64,000 nucleotides of DNA. It comes from an uncultured Candidatus Saccharibacteria bacterium (GTDB lineage: Bacteria; Patescibacteriota; Saccharimonadia; Saccharimonadales; Saccharimonadaceae). A program made the position numbers and the translations under genes. Positions 39,314 to 47,320 of the stretch are shown here, piece by piece. The stretch is from contig CAYMOS010000004.1 of assembly GCA_964392265.1 (NCBI GenBank), positions 68,337 to 132,336 on the forward strand, in the 5' to 3' direction. Position 1 is the first letter of the stretch, and every line of letters starts with the position of its first letter. A model generated the notes under the pieces. It was not told the origin of the DNA, did no database searches, and saw only the letters and a program-made list of their open reading frames with translations.

Positions 39314-39606
39314 CTCGTCCCGGTGCTTCATCGCCTAAAAAGGCAACAAACTAAATAAACTGCGCTTATTCCAGGGAGCTAACACCCCTGCTTGTAGCAT
39401 TTTTATGCTCGCAGTTCGCGGTATTAGCTCCCTGCTAATCCATGTTTTGTAATAATCTGATTTAGCCTCGGTCCAGTTTTCCTTAACAATTAGGATGATC
39501 ATTCGCTCGCTTTTCCTACCGGAAGAGACAGCGACCACTTGTGTTATCAAAAAAGTGTCCAACATTACCCTATAATTCTGCTCGTGGAGTGCAGAGAGGA
39601 GTTACT

Positions 39607-42594
39607 ATGAAAAAACTATTTGCCGCGATCGCTCGCGCGCCAAAGCGATCGGCAGCCGTCTTGATGCTGGCTGCCGTCGCTATCGTCCCCGCCGTCTTGT
39701 TGGCGTGGGGACCAGGGCGACCACTATACACGGTCGAGAACGCCGCGCCACACGTGACGTTTAACTCGATCACCAACAACCAACGAGTTGGCGACGAAAC
39801 AAACTTCGTCCGGATTCGTGAACTTGCACCCAACACCACCTTTGGTGATGACGTGCAACTTCAACCAGGTAAAACCTACGAAGTCATGTTGTTTTACCAC
39901 AACAACGCCAAAAGTGAACTAAATACCAAAATCGGTCCTGATGGCAAACCAGTTGGTATTGCCCGCAACACGATGGCCCGCGTTCAAATGCCCGGCCGTC
40001 TTGACGCCGGTGCAACCGCTACCATCACTGGTTTCGTTAGCGCCGACAACGCCACCCCTAAAGAGGTGTGGGATAACGCTCGCGGTGTCAGCGCCAACGC
40101 TGTTGCCCTGCGTATTGTTCCAGGAAGTGCCAAAATCGCTAGCAGCAACGGTGCCGTTAACGGCAAACCACTGCCAAACGAACTATTTACCACTGGTACA
40201 CACATCGGCTATGACAAACTAGACGGTGTTTTGCCTGGCTGTAACGAGTTCTCTGGATACATTACCTATCAGTTTGTTGTTGACCAGCCAAACTTTACTA
40301 TCGACAAGCAAATCAGCGTTGACGGTGGTAAGACATGGGCTGAATCAGCCAAGACTACCCCTGGTAGCACTGTTCAGTATCGTTTGATCTACAAGAACAC
40401 TGGTACCGTTCAGCAAGACAACGTCATCTTGAAGGATGAACTGCCTGCTGGCGTCAGCTACGTTCCTGGCAGCAGCCAGATTGCTAACTCAGCAACCGGT
40501 GGTGCATACAAAGCAACGGTTGACGGGATTACCGGATCAGGTGGCTACAAGATTGGATCGTTTGCCCCTAATGGCAACAACTATTTCAAGTTTAGTGCCA
40601 AGATTGCCGATAACGACAAGCTGGCTAAGTGTGGCGACAACACGTTGACCAACAAGGTCATCACCTTTACTGATAACGGTAGCAAGAGTGACACTGCAGA
40701 TGTGACTGTTCCTAAGGAATGCAAGCCAACGCCAAAGTACACCTGTGATAGCCTGACGGTAAAGAAGCTTGATCGAACCAAGTTCGAATTTAGCACCAAG
40801 TACACTGTCGAGAACGCAACGTTTAAGAGCGTCACCTACGTCGTACGTAACGCCAGCGGTACCGAAGTATACCGCGGTCCAAACGCGACGTTCACAACCG
40901 AAACAGTTGGTAAATATACCGTTCAAGCCATTGTCACCGTCACGGTTGATGGCAAGGATAAGGAAGTTACCAGCGACAAATGTAAGGGTGAATTTGAAGT
41001 CACCAAAGCACCAGTTGTACCAAAGTACACCTGTGATAGCCTGACGGTAAAGAAAATCGAACGCACCAAGTTTGAATTCAACACAACGTATACCGTCCAG
41101 AATGCAACCTTCAAGCACGTTACCTACGTCGTACGTAACGCCAGCGGCGCGGAGATCTACCGTGGCACCAACAACACCTACACTCAGACCACTCCTGGTA
41201 CCTACACGGTTCAAGCAATCGTCACGGTTACCGTTGACGGTCAGGATAAAGAAGTCACGAGTGACAAATGTAAGGCAACCTTCAAGGTTGATCAGCCACC
41301 AGTTGTACCAAAGTACACGTGTGACAACCTCACCGTGAAGAAGCTTGATCGAACCAAGTTCGAATTTAGCACTGCCTACACTGTCGAAAACGCGACCTTC
41401 AAAAACGTTACCTATGTCGTCAAGAACGCATCAGGCAACGAAGTATCTCGCAGCCAAAATAACACCTTCACCACCGAAACTGTTGGCAAATACACCGTTG
41501 AGGCATTTGTTACCGTCACGGTTGATGGTGTCGACAAGACCGTGACTGGCGCAAAGTGTAAGGGTGAATTTGAAGTCACTACTGCACCAAAGCCAAGCGT
41601 TTCTATCGAGAAGAAGGTTGATGGCGTCAAGCACAAGACCGTTGCCGTTAACCAAGAGTTCACCTACCAGCTGGTTATCAAGAACACTGGTAATGTTGAC
41701 CTTAAAAACGTCAAAGTAACGGACAATGCACCAACAAACGTCCAGTTCATCAGCGCCGACAAGGGCACAATTGCCGACAACAAATGGAGCTACACGATTC
41801 CAGAGTTGAAGATTGGCGCAAGTGTTAGTGTTGCAATCAAGGCAAAAGCCACCAAGGAAAACCTGGTTGGTATCAAGAACACTGCATGTGTTGATGCCGA
41901 GGAAGTTCCTGGCACGCCAGACGACTGTGACGATGCCACAATCATTGTGCCACCTACTCCTGTACCTGGCGTCTCAATTGACAAAAAGGTAGATGGTGTC
42001 GAGCACAAGGAAGTTGCCGTCGACCAAGCGTTTACGTATCAGATTGTTGTCACCAACACTGGTACAAAGGACCTAAAGGATGTGAAGGTAACGGACAATG
42101 CACCAGCAAATGTCCAATTTACCGCCGCCGATAAGGGTACGATCACTGATAACAAGTGGAGCTATGTCATCCCAGAACTAAAGGTTAACCAAAGCATCAG
42201 CTTTGCCATTACCGCGCATGTCACCAAGGAAGTAAAGGGTGCGATTATCAACACTGCCTGTGTTGATGCATCTGAAGTTACTGGTACCCCAGATGATTGT
42301 GACGATGCTACGGTTGAAGTCCCAGAAACCCCTGTTGTCCCTGACATCACAGTCTGTGACACGACAACCAAAACCGTCGTAACGATCAAGAAGTCTGAGT
42401 ATGATCCTGCCAAGCACACTGATGACCTCACCAAGTGTGCCGAAGCACCAACACCAGAACCTACTCCTGAAACTCCTAGCGAATTACCAACTACTGGTTT
42501 TTCTGAAGGAGTCATGGCGTTCGTAGGACTTGGCTCACTGGCCCTTAGCGTCACCTATTACGCTATCAGCCGCCGAAGCCTCGGTAACCTATAA
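39607..42594 (+). CDS. Large LPXTG-anchored surface protein with tandem repeats and DUF11-type domains
   Basis: GAGAGGAG RBS before the ATG at 39607. Signal peptide MKKLFAAIARAPKRSAAVLMLAAVAIVPAVLLAWG. Three 96-aa repeats, two units of about 120 aa like VSIEKKVDG...NTGN..LKNVKVTDNAP (DUF11-like), and a C-terminal ELPTTG + hydrophobic + RRS sortase signal. Confidence 0.85.
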   Translation: MKKLFAAIARAPKRSAAVLMLAAVAIVPAVLLAWGPGRPLYTVENAAPHVTFNSITNNQRVGDETNFVRIRELAPNTTFGDDVQLQPGKTYEVMLFYHNNAKSELNTKIGPDGKPVGIARNTMARVQMPGRLDAGATATITGFVSADNATPKEVWDNARGVSANAVALRIVPGSAKIASSNGAVNGKPLPNELFTTGTHIGYDKLDGVLPGCNEFSGYITYQFVVDQPNFTIDKQISVDGGKTWAESAKTTPGSTVQYRLIYKNTGTVQQDNVILKDELPAGVSYVPGSSQIANSATGGAYKATVDGITGSGGYKIGSFAPNGNNYFKFSAKIADNDKLAKCGDNTLTNKVITFTDNGSKSDTADVTVPKECKPTPKYTCDSLTVKKLDRTKFEFSTKYTVENATFKSVTYVVRNASGTEVYRGPNATFTTETVGKYTVQAIVTVTVDGKDKEVTSDKCKGEFEVTKAPVVPKYTCDSLTVKKIERTKFEFNTTYTVQNATFKHVTYVVRNASGAEIYRGTNNTYTQTTPGTYTVQAIVTVTVDGQDKEVTSDKCKATFKVDQPPVVPKYTCDNLTVKKLDRTKFEFSTAYTVENATFKNVTYVVKNASGNEVSRSQNNTFTTETVGKYTVEAFVTVTVDGVDKTVTGAKCKGEFEVTTAPKPSVSIEKKVDGVKHKTVAVNQEFTYQLVIKNTGNVDLKNVKVTDNAPTNVQFISADKGTIADNKWSYTIPELKIGASVSVAIKAKATKENLVGIKNTACVDAEEVPGTPDDCDDATIIVPPTPVPGVSIDKKVDGVEHKEVAVDQAFTYQIVVTNTGTKDLKDVKVTDNAPANVQFTAADKGTITDNKWSYVIPELKVNQSISFAITAHVTKEVKGAIINTACVDASEVTGTPDDCDDATVEVPETPVVPDITVCDTTTKTVVTIKKSEYDPAKHTDDLTKCAEAPTPEPTPETPSELPTTGFSEGVMAFVGLGSLALSVTYYAISRRSLGNL
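40732..41595 (+). repeat. Three tandem 288-bp coding repeats inside the LPXTG gene
   Basis: Units start with CCAAAGTACAC(C/G)TGTGA at 40732, 41020 and 41308. The protein units read PKYTCD(S/N)LTVKK(L/I)(D/E)RTKFEF... Confidence 0.85.
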
Positions 42595-42621
42595 CAATCA
42601 AAGCCTGACCGCTCTTTCATT

Positions 42622-42654
42622 AACCACCCCTGTGTAAAACTGGGGTGGTTTTTG
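42622..42654 (+). terminator. Rho-independent terminator after the LPXTG gene
   Basis: AACCACCCC tgtgtaaaact GGGGTGGTT followed by TTTT. Confidence 0.7.
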
Positions 42655-42670
42655 TTATACTAGTAACACT

Positions 42671-42892
42671 ATGGCAAAGCAGAAGAAAAAGCGCACCAAG
42701 AAATACAGTGGATCTGACGCGGCCATGACCCGCCCTACTATTACACGTGTCGAGGCGGTACAGCGTAGCAAGGTAGGCCAATGGTGGCATGACCGACGAC
42801 GGACGCTCAAGCCTATTCTGATCGCTGGTGTCGTTGTTCTAATTATTGTCTGGCTGATCGTCGAGTTGGTTCGCATCATCACTGGCGCGTAG
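42671..42892 (+). CDS. Small basic single-TM protein (73 aa)
   Basis: Lys-rich N-terminus and one TM helix (ILIAGVVVLIIVWLIVELV). Its 3' end overlaps the convergent kinase gene by 54 nt. Confidence 0.45.
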   Translation: MAKQKKKRTKKYSGSDAAMTRPTITRVEAVQRSKVGQWWHDRRRTLKPILIAGVVVLIIVWLIVELVRIITGA

Positions 42893-45031
42893 ACGCTCAA
42901 TCGGCAAGCGGAACCCAAAGGTGCTGCCCTTGCCCTCTGTTGAGGCAAATATCACTGATCCGCCATGCTCCATCACCACTCGTTTGGCAAGATAGAGCCC
43001 AACGCCAGTCCCGTCCGGACGCTGTTTACGAGCGTTCGTCGCGCGATAGAACTTTGTAAAGAGGCGTGCTTGCTCTTCTTCTGGCACGCCAATACCAGTA
43101 TCTTTTACTTTCAAGACGACATCGCCCTCTTCTACGGTCAAGGTGACAGTGATGGTCGTCCCGGCCCGCGAATAGTACAAGGCATTGTCGGCAAAGTTCA
43201 TGATTACCTGACGAATTTTGCCTTCATCAAGCATGAGTCGCGGCAATTGCTTTGGCTTTTTATACTTAAATGACAATTCCCGCCCATTTGCACTGATTTT
43301 CAGGCTGTCGATTTCTTGTCCAACTATTTTTGCCAAATCAACCGGGCGTTTCTCAATCATAAACTTACCCGTCTGCAGACGTGATACGTTGAGGAAGTCA
43401 TTGATCAAATGCACCATCCGCTCGCTACTTACGAAGGCTTCGATTAAAAATTTACGCTGCATCGGCGTAATCTCACCCGCATCACCCTCAAGAATCATAT
43501 CCAAATATCCTTTGATACTTGTCAGTGGTGTCCGTAATTGATGACTCGCCATGCTGATAAATTCGTCTTTTACCTCATCGAGTTTGCGCAGCTGCGAGTT
43601 ACTAGCGCGCAGTTCTTTTGTCGCCTCATCAATACGCTGCTGCAACGTTTCGTTGAGGAGACGTACTTCGCGTAGTGACAGTGCGTTCTCAATCGCAATC
43701 GCCAGTTCGTCCGTCACTGTTTCCAGGACATTAAGATCACGAGTCACATAAGAGCCGCTTTTTCTATCCCCAATAAACAGAAAACCTATGATCGCCTCAC
43801 GCTGCCGCAAGGGTAATGCTAATTGAATACCGTGCGATCGAAAAAGTCGGGCAAGGGCACTCCCGCTCTCCAACCTATCGCGTACCACCAATGACTCACC
43901 ATTTTCTCGCCACTCGGCGACGAGAAAATCATAGTCTGTATTGATAAATTTTCGGTGCCCCTTAGCACTTACACTGATACGTGCGCCGTTTTTTTCTGCC
44001 AATGCAAATTGGACATCTTCGGCGCTAAGAGTCGAAGCAATCAACCTGGCACTCTGTCTCAACAGAGCGATCAATTCGGTTGTTTCAGTCAGAACATTAT
44101 TAAGATTGGCGTAAAACTCATCTCGCGAGTAACGCCCTTTGAAAAACAATGAATGCGTCACGGTATCAAAAAACTGTTTAATCGGCTGGAAGGTGAAAGC
44201 TAATACCAATGCTAGCGCGATATTAAGCGGACTGATACTAAAAACGTTAGTCGCCTGACCCTGAAACACCGCCTCAGATATAAGATAGGCGCCAATATAA
44301 TAAATACCTGCTAGTACGATTAATGACGCAATGTACGCCACACCACGCACCGCCACTAGTTTGATATCAAATAGACTATGTTTCACCATCGCATAGGCGC
44401 ACACCCCCACAAGAATCAACGAACCCAAAGGCCCATATGTCACCAGTGCATAGTTGTTAAACAACGGTAAAATCAAATTACAGACGACTCCTATCACCGC
44501 CGACAGAGACAATCCTATTAAGATAGCTCGAATCCGATCTCGGTCAGATCGACTGCGCGCCTTTCTCATCGTACGGATCAATAGCCATAATCCCGCCCCA
44601 AACAGCATCAATAAAACAGCCGCGTACCCCAAGAGGCCACCGAGATGCGTTTTAACAGCAAGCTCATCGACACCATAGGCCACAACACCAGGAATGACCG
44701 AAGCAATTCCGACAATTGCTCCGATAATCTTCACGCCTAAGATCATCTTTGCAGAATATTTTTTCACTGCCAGGTCATGACAAAACAGAAAGAAGTTGAG
44801 TGCCAATACGGCCGCAAAACCATAGCTGACGAGTGCCAGTGTAAATCGTATTTGTTCGGTGATATCCTCGACGAAAAGCGCATTAGCGATTGTCCACCCC
44901 GCTACGCTAAGCGCAAACACAAAAAAATGTCGATTAGTGCTTGTCCGTGATTGTTGCGACACTACAAGCAGCGCCAATGCCACCATGGCTACCGCTGCCA
45001 TCGCCAATATAAAGGTACTAAGCATAAACAT
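42839..45031 (-). CDS. Multi-TM sensor histidine kinase with GAF-like domain
   Basis: About 7 N-terminal TM helices, a central GAF-like region, H-box SMASHQLRTPLTSIKGY, and N/G1/G2 boxes (DTGIGV, GTGVGLYLA). Start placed at ATG 45031 (MFMLSTF), overlapping the upstream gene end. Confidence 0.85.
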   Translation of the reverse strand: MFMLSTFILAMAAVAMVALALLVVSQQSRTSTNRHFFVFALSVAGWTIANALFVEDITEQIRFTLALVSYGFAAVLALNFFLFCHDLAVKKYSAKMILGVKIIGAIVGIASVIPGVVAYGVDELAVKTHLGGLLGYAAVLLMLFGAGLWLLIRTMRKARSRSDRDRIRAILIGLSLSAVIGVVCNLILPLFNNYALVTYGPLGSLILVGVCAYAMVKHSLFDIKLVAVRGVAYIASLIVLAGIYYIGAYLISEAVFQGQATNVFSISPLNIALALVLAFTFQPIKQFFDTVTHSLFFKGRYSRDEFYANLNNVLTETTELIALLRQSARLIASTLSAEDVQFALAEKNGARISVSAKGHRKFINTDYDFLVAEWRENGESLVVRDRLESGSALARLFRSHGIQLALPLRQREAIIGFLFIGDRKSGSYVTRDLNVLETVTDELAIAIENALSLREVRLLNETLQQRIDEATKELRASNSQLRKLDEVKDEFISMASHQLRTPLTSIKGYLDMILEGDAGEITPMQRKFLIEAFVSSERMVHLINDFLNVSRLQTGKFMIEKRPVDLAKIVGQEIDSLKISANGRELSFKYKKPKQLPRLMLDEGKIRQVIMNFADNALYYSRAGTTITVTLTVEEGDVVLKVKDTGIGVPEEEQARLFTKFYRATNARKQRPDGTGVGLYLAKRVVMEHGGSVIFASTEGKGSTFGFRLPIERLRASDDANQLDDQPDNN

Positions 45032-45743
45032 ATGCTGCCTGCGCCTCTCTCGCACCCCGCTGCAAGGCCTCATACGTTGTCTGATGATTTTGATCATCGG
45101 CAAGTTTCTTCACCGCACTCCGCACGTCCACCTTGCAGAATAACGTTGTCTCAGGAGTCCCATCAGTATTTGCTAATCGCCCTCGCCCCAATTGCTCGCA
45201 CTCTATGCCGTGGTCGTCAAAAAACCGCATCATCCAAGGGGTCGTCGTGAACATCCAGTATATCTTTTCGTCTTCTTCGGCTTGCAGTTTGCTGATATAC
45301 TCCCCCATCCCGAACAACTCCACCATACCATTCTCAATCGCTGCCGAGCTTTGACTGTTATCGGTCGGAAAACAAAGTCGTGTGAGATCCCACAGCTGAC
45401 CGTCTGACACAATAGTTTGCTTGGCGGCTACAGCCGTCTGAAATGCTTCGCTATCCGCTAACATTCCATAGCTCAGTGATTCCTGAATGCTTGGGACTTG
45501 TGTCAGGCGCATCGTCGCCAAGACTCCTTCTCTCGTACGTTTTGTAAAGTGATAGGTCTCTGGAATGCCATCATACCGATCACTATCGTCTTCTTCCACG
45601 AGCCATTTCATTGCCCGCACGAACTCAAGGCGCGTCTTCAATGCATCGTCTGACGGCCATCCCTGTCGTATTTCAAATGTATCAACAGCCGGAGGTCGAT
45701 ACGTTTCGCCAGGAGAAGAAGAGGGTATAGCCATAAGCATCAT
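45018..45743 (-). CDS. LuxI/FeeM-like N-acyl (homoserine lactone or amino acid) synthase family protein
   Basis: R-x2-F-x5-W, then EEDDSDRYD, then Y-x10-G-x5-RL, then W(D)LTRLCF. This mirrors the conserved LuxI/TraI blocks (R..F.....W, E.D..D, G....RL, E.SRF) as I remember them. Confidence 0.5.
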   Translation of the reverse strand: MMLMAIPSSSPGETYRPPAVDTFEIRQGWPSDDALKTRLEFVRAMKWLVEEDDSDRYDGIPETYHFTKRTREGVLATMRLTQVPSIQESLSYGMLADSEAFQTAVAAKQTIVSDGQLWDLTRLCFPTDNSQSSAAIENGMVELFGMGEYISKLQAEEDEKIYWMFTTTPWMMRFFDDHGIECEQLGRGRLANTDGTPETTLFCKVDVRSAVKKLADDQNHQTTYEALQRGAREAQAAYVYA

Positions 45744-45806
45744 TATAGCATTAGCCGTCAGCTAAAAACGAGCCACTCTCCGCCAGATTCGTGATACACT
45801 AAACGT

Positions 45807-46184
45807 ATGACAAAGATCGCCATTATTGAAGATGATCCGGTCATCAATCAGATGTACCGTATGAAGTTTGAAGCGGCAGGCTTTCGGGTTGAAGTCGCAG
45901 ATAATGGCACGCGTGGTGTCGCCATGGTTGCCGCATTTCACCCTGACATCATCCTTCTTGATATTGGCATGCCAGAAATGCAGGGCGACGAAGCCCTTGC
46001 AATCATCCGCAAAGACCCCGCTAGCAAAGACACGCCAGTCATCATCCTGACCAACCTTGGCGAAGAAGAGGCCCCTAAAACCCTACGTAGCCTTGGCATT
46101 CACAGCTATATCGTCAAAGCAGACCTCACCCCACGACAGGTTGTGGCACGCGTCAAAGACGCCCTCGGGATGACAGAGGAATAG
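45807..46184 (+). CDS. Single-domain (CheY-like) response regulator
   Basis: IAIIEDD, ILLDIGMPEM and VKADLTP (the K of the receiver fold). There is no output domain. Confidence 0.85.
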   Translation: MTKIAIIEDDPVINQMYRMKFEAAGFRVEVADNGTRGVAMVAAFHPDIILLDIGMPEMQGDEALAIIRKDPASKDTPVIILTNLGEEEAPKTLRSLGIHSYIVKADLTPRQVVARVKDALGMTEE

Positions 46185-46248
46185 GTGATCGATAGGCTTT
46201 TGAAGAACGTGTGAGATTCGAGGAATCGAGAATCTCAGCCCAACGCTT

Positions 46249-46277
46249 AAATAGACATGCCTGTGGCATGTCTATTT
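46249..46277. terminator. Bidirectional hairpin between the regulator gene and folD
   Basis: AAATAGACATGCC tgt GGCATGTCTATTT, a 13-bp perfect stem with A/T runs on both sides. Confidence 0.7.
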
Positions 46278-46310
46278 AAAAAGAGTGTTCTGAAAAAGTC
46301 TGTCGATCAC

Positions 46311-47129
46311 TTATTCCCGTGTCCTGTCTGCTACCCGACGTGCCGCTGTAATCACATTGTCGAGTAGTGCTGCAATCGTCAAAGGCCCAACCCCACCTTT
46401 GTTTGGTGTAATCGCAATATCATCACGATCGCGCACCCGAGGATCGATATCACCAATCACCACACCCTCTTCCGAGGCCGTGCCGGCATCAACAATCACC
46501 GCGCCGACCTTGACCATATCAGGGGTGATCAGCCGTGGCACGCCCGTCGCCGTGACAATCACATCATGATGACGCAACTGCCCAGCCATATCAACACTAG
46601 AACTGTTATAGACCGTCACATCATACCCACTAGCCCGCCACATGCGCGCCAACGGTGCCCCCACCAATCGGCCCTCGCCAACAATTGCGATACGTTTGTC
46701 CGACAGATCAATACCATAGGCCACCAATAACCAACTAATTGCCGTTGGAGTTGCCGGATCGAACGCGGGCGCTGGACCCAATCCATCGACGTCTTTTTCT
46801 GGGGCAACGCGTGCTAATACTTCAGCTGTTTCTTGCTGATCAGCAAGAGGTAACTGCACAATAATGCCGTGGACATCGTGACGCGCATTTAGTACATCAA
46901 TCGTGTCAATCACCTGATCAGATGCTACTTTATGTAACTCAAACTCAACCAAAATATCTTCGGCGTATCTGCCCTTTAACCGCACATAGGTGTCAATAAC
47001 CGGATTATCGATTGTCTGCACAACCGCCAAACGAGGTATAACCTTCCATTCCTGCCGGAGGTTTCGCACTTGTTTGGCCTGGCGCTCTTTTACAAACGCA
47101 GCAATCTCTGATCCATTCAATAATTTCAT
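46311..47129 (-). CDS. folD: Bifunctional methylenetetrahydrofolate dehydrogenase/cyclohydrolase
   Basis: LLNGSEIA start region, HGIIVQLPL, VVGEGRLVGAPLA-type Rossmann block and PNKGGVGPLT near the C-terminus. Start placed at ATG 47129 (MKLLNG). Confidence 0.88.
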   Translation of the reverse strand: MKLLNGSEIAAFVKERQAKQVRNLRQEWKVIPRLAVVQTIDNPVIDTYVRLKGRYAEDILVEFELHKVASDQVIDTIDVLNARHDVHGIIVQLPLADQQETAEVLARVAPEKDVDGLGPAPAFDPATPTAISWLLVAYGIDLSDKRIAIVGEGRLVGAPLARMWRASGYDVTVYNSSSVDMAGQLRHHDVIVTATGVPRLITPDMVKVGAVIVDAGTASEEGVVIGDIDPRVRDRDDIAITPNKGGVGPLTIAALLDNVITAARRVADRTRE

Positions 47130-47158
47130 CTTCACTAGTGTAGCAAATCCTCTCTCTC

Positions 47159-47188
47159 TTGACAAATAGGACCTGAAAGTGGTATAAT
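47159..47188 (+). promoter_or_regulatory. Near-consensus promoter for tRNA-Lys (TTGACA, 18 nt, TGgTATAAT)
   Basis: TTGACA at 47159-47164 and extended -10 GTGGTATAAT ending at 47188, 55 nt upstream of the tRNA. Confidence 0.65.
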
Positions 47189-47243
47189 GAAAGAATAGGG
47201 GTTTACATCAGACCTGTTAGTTTGATATACTCCCTTAATGTCC

Positions 47244-47320
47244 GGGCCATTAGCTCAGCTGGTTAGAGCACCTGCCTCTTAAGCAGGGTGTCCTGAGTTC
47301 AAGTCTCAGATGGCCCTCCA
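47244..47320 (+). tRNA. tRNA-Lys (anticodon CUU), CCA encoded
   Basis: GGGCCAT TA GCTC AGCTGGTTA GAGC A CCTGC CTCTTAA GCAGG GTGTC CTGAG TTCAAGT CTCAG ATGGCCC T CCA. Confidence 0.9.

Larger units (their letters stand above)
35495..39330. other. Compositionally foreign high-GC segment (about 3.8 kb), with no recombinase of its own
   Basis: Abrupt visible GC rise. Many overlapping six-frame ORFs appear on both strands, which is typical of high-GC DNA. Genes have GC-rich third positions, whereas flanks are about 45-50 % GC. Bounded by hairpin terminators at 35466-35494 and 39266-39313. Confidence 0.75.

Noticed and set aside
35492-39358. More than 20 listed ORFs of 60 aa or more overlapping on both strands. 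Examples are 35542..36036 +, 35730..36134 -, 36632..37576 -, 37236..38054 +, 37601..38617 +, 38380..39090 - and 38628..39227 -.
   Set aside because: These are typical shadow frames of high-GC DNA. Only the frames with G/C-dominated third positions, an RBS and protein-like composition were kept (35602..36015 -, 36770..37579 +, 37588..39252 +).
40537-41214. A 225-aa minus-strand ORF and other antisense ORFs inside the LPXTG gene.
   Set aside because: They lie antisense to a gene with a signal peptide, repeats and a sortase signal. Repeat-rich coding DNA often stays open on the opposite strand.
40732-42330. Tandem repeats considered as a possible CRISPR-like or satellite array.
   Set aside because: The units are 288 nt and about 360 nt long, in frame, and encode protein domains. 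No short repeat and spacer organisation exists anywhere in the window.
42839-42892. A 54-nt convergent overlap between the small basic TM ORF and the kinase 3' end, considered as an antisense regulatory arrangement.
   Set aside because: An uncertain small-ORF call could explain the overlap just as well, and there is no supporting structure. I noted it only in the feature table.
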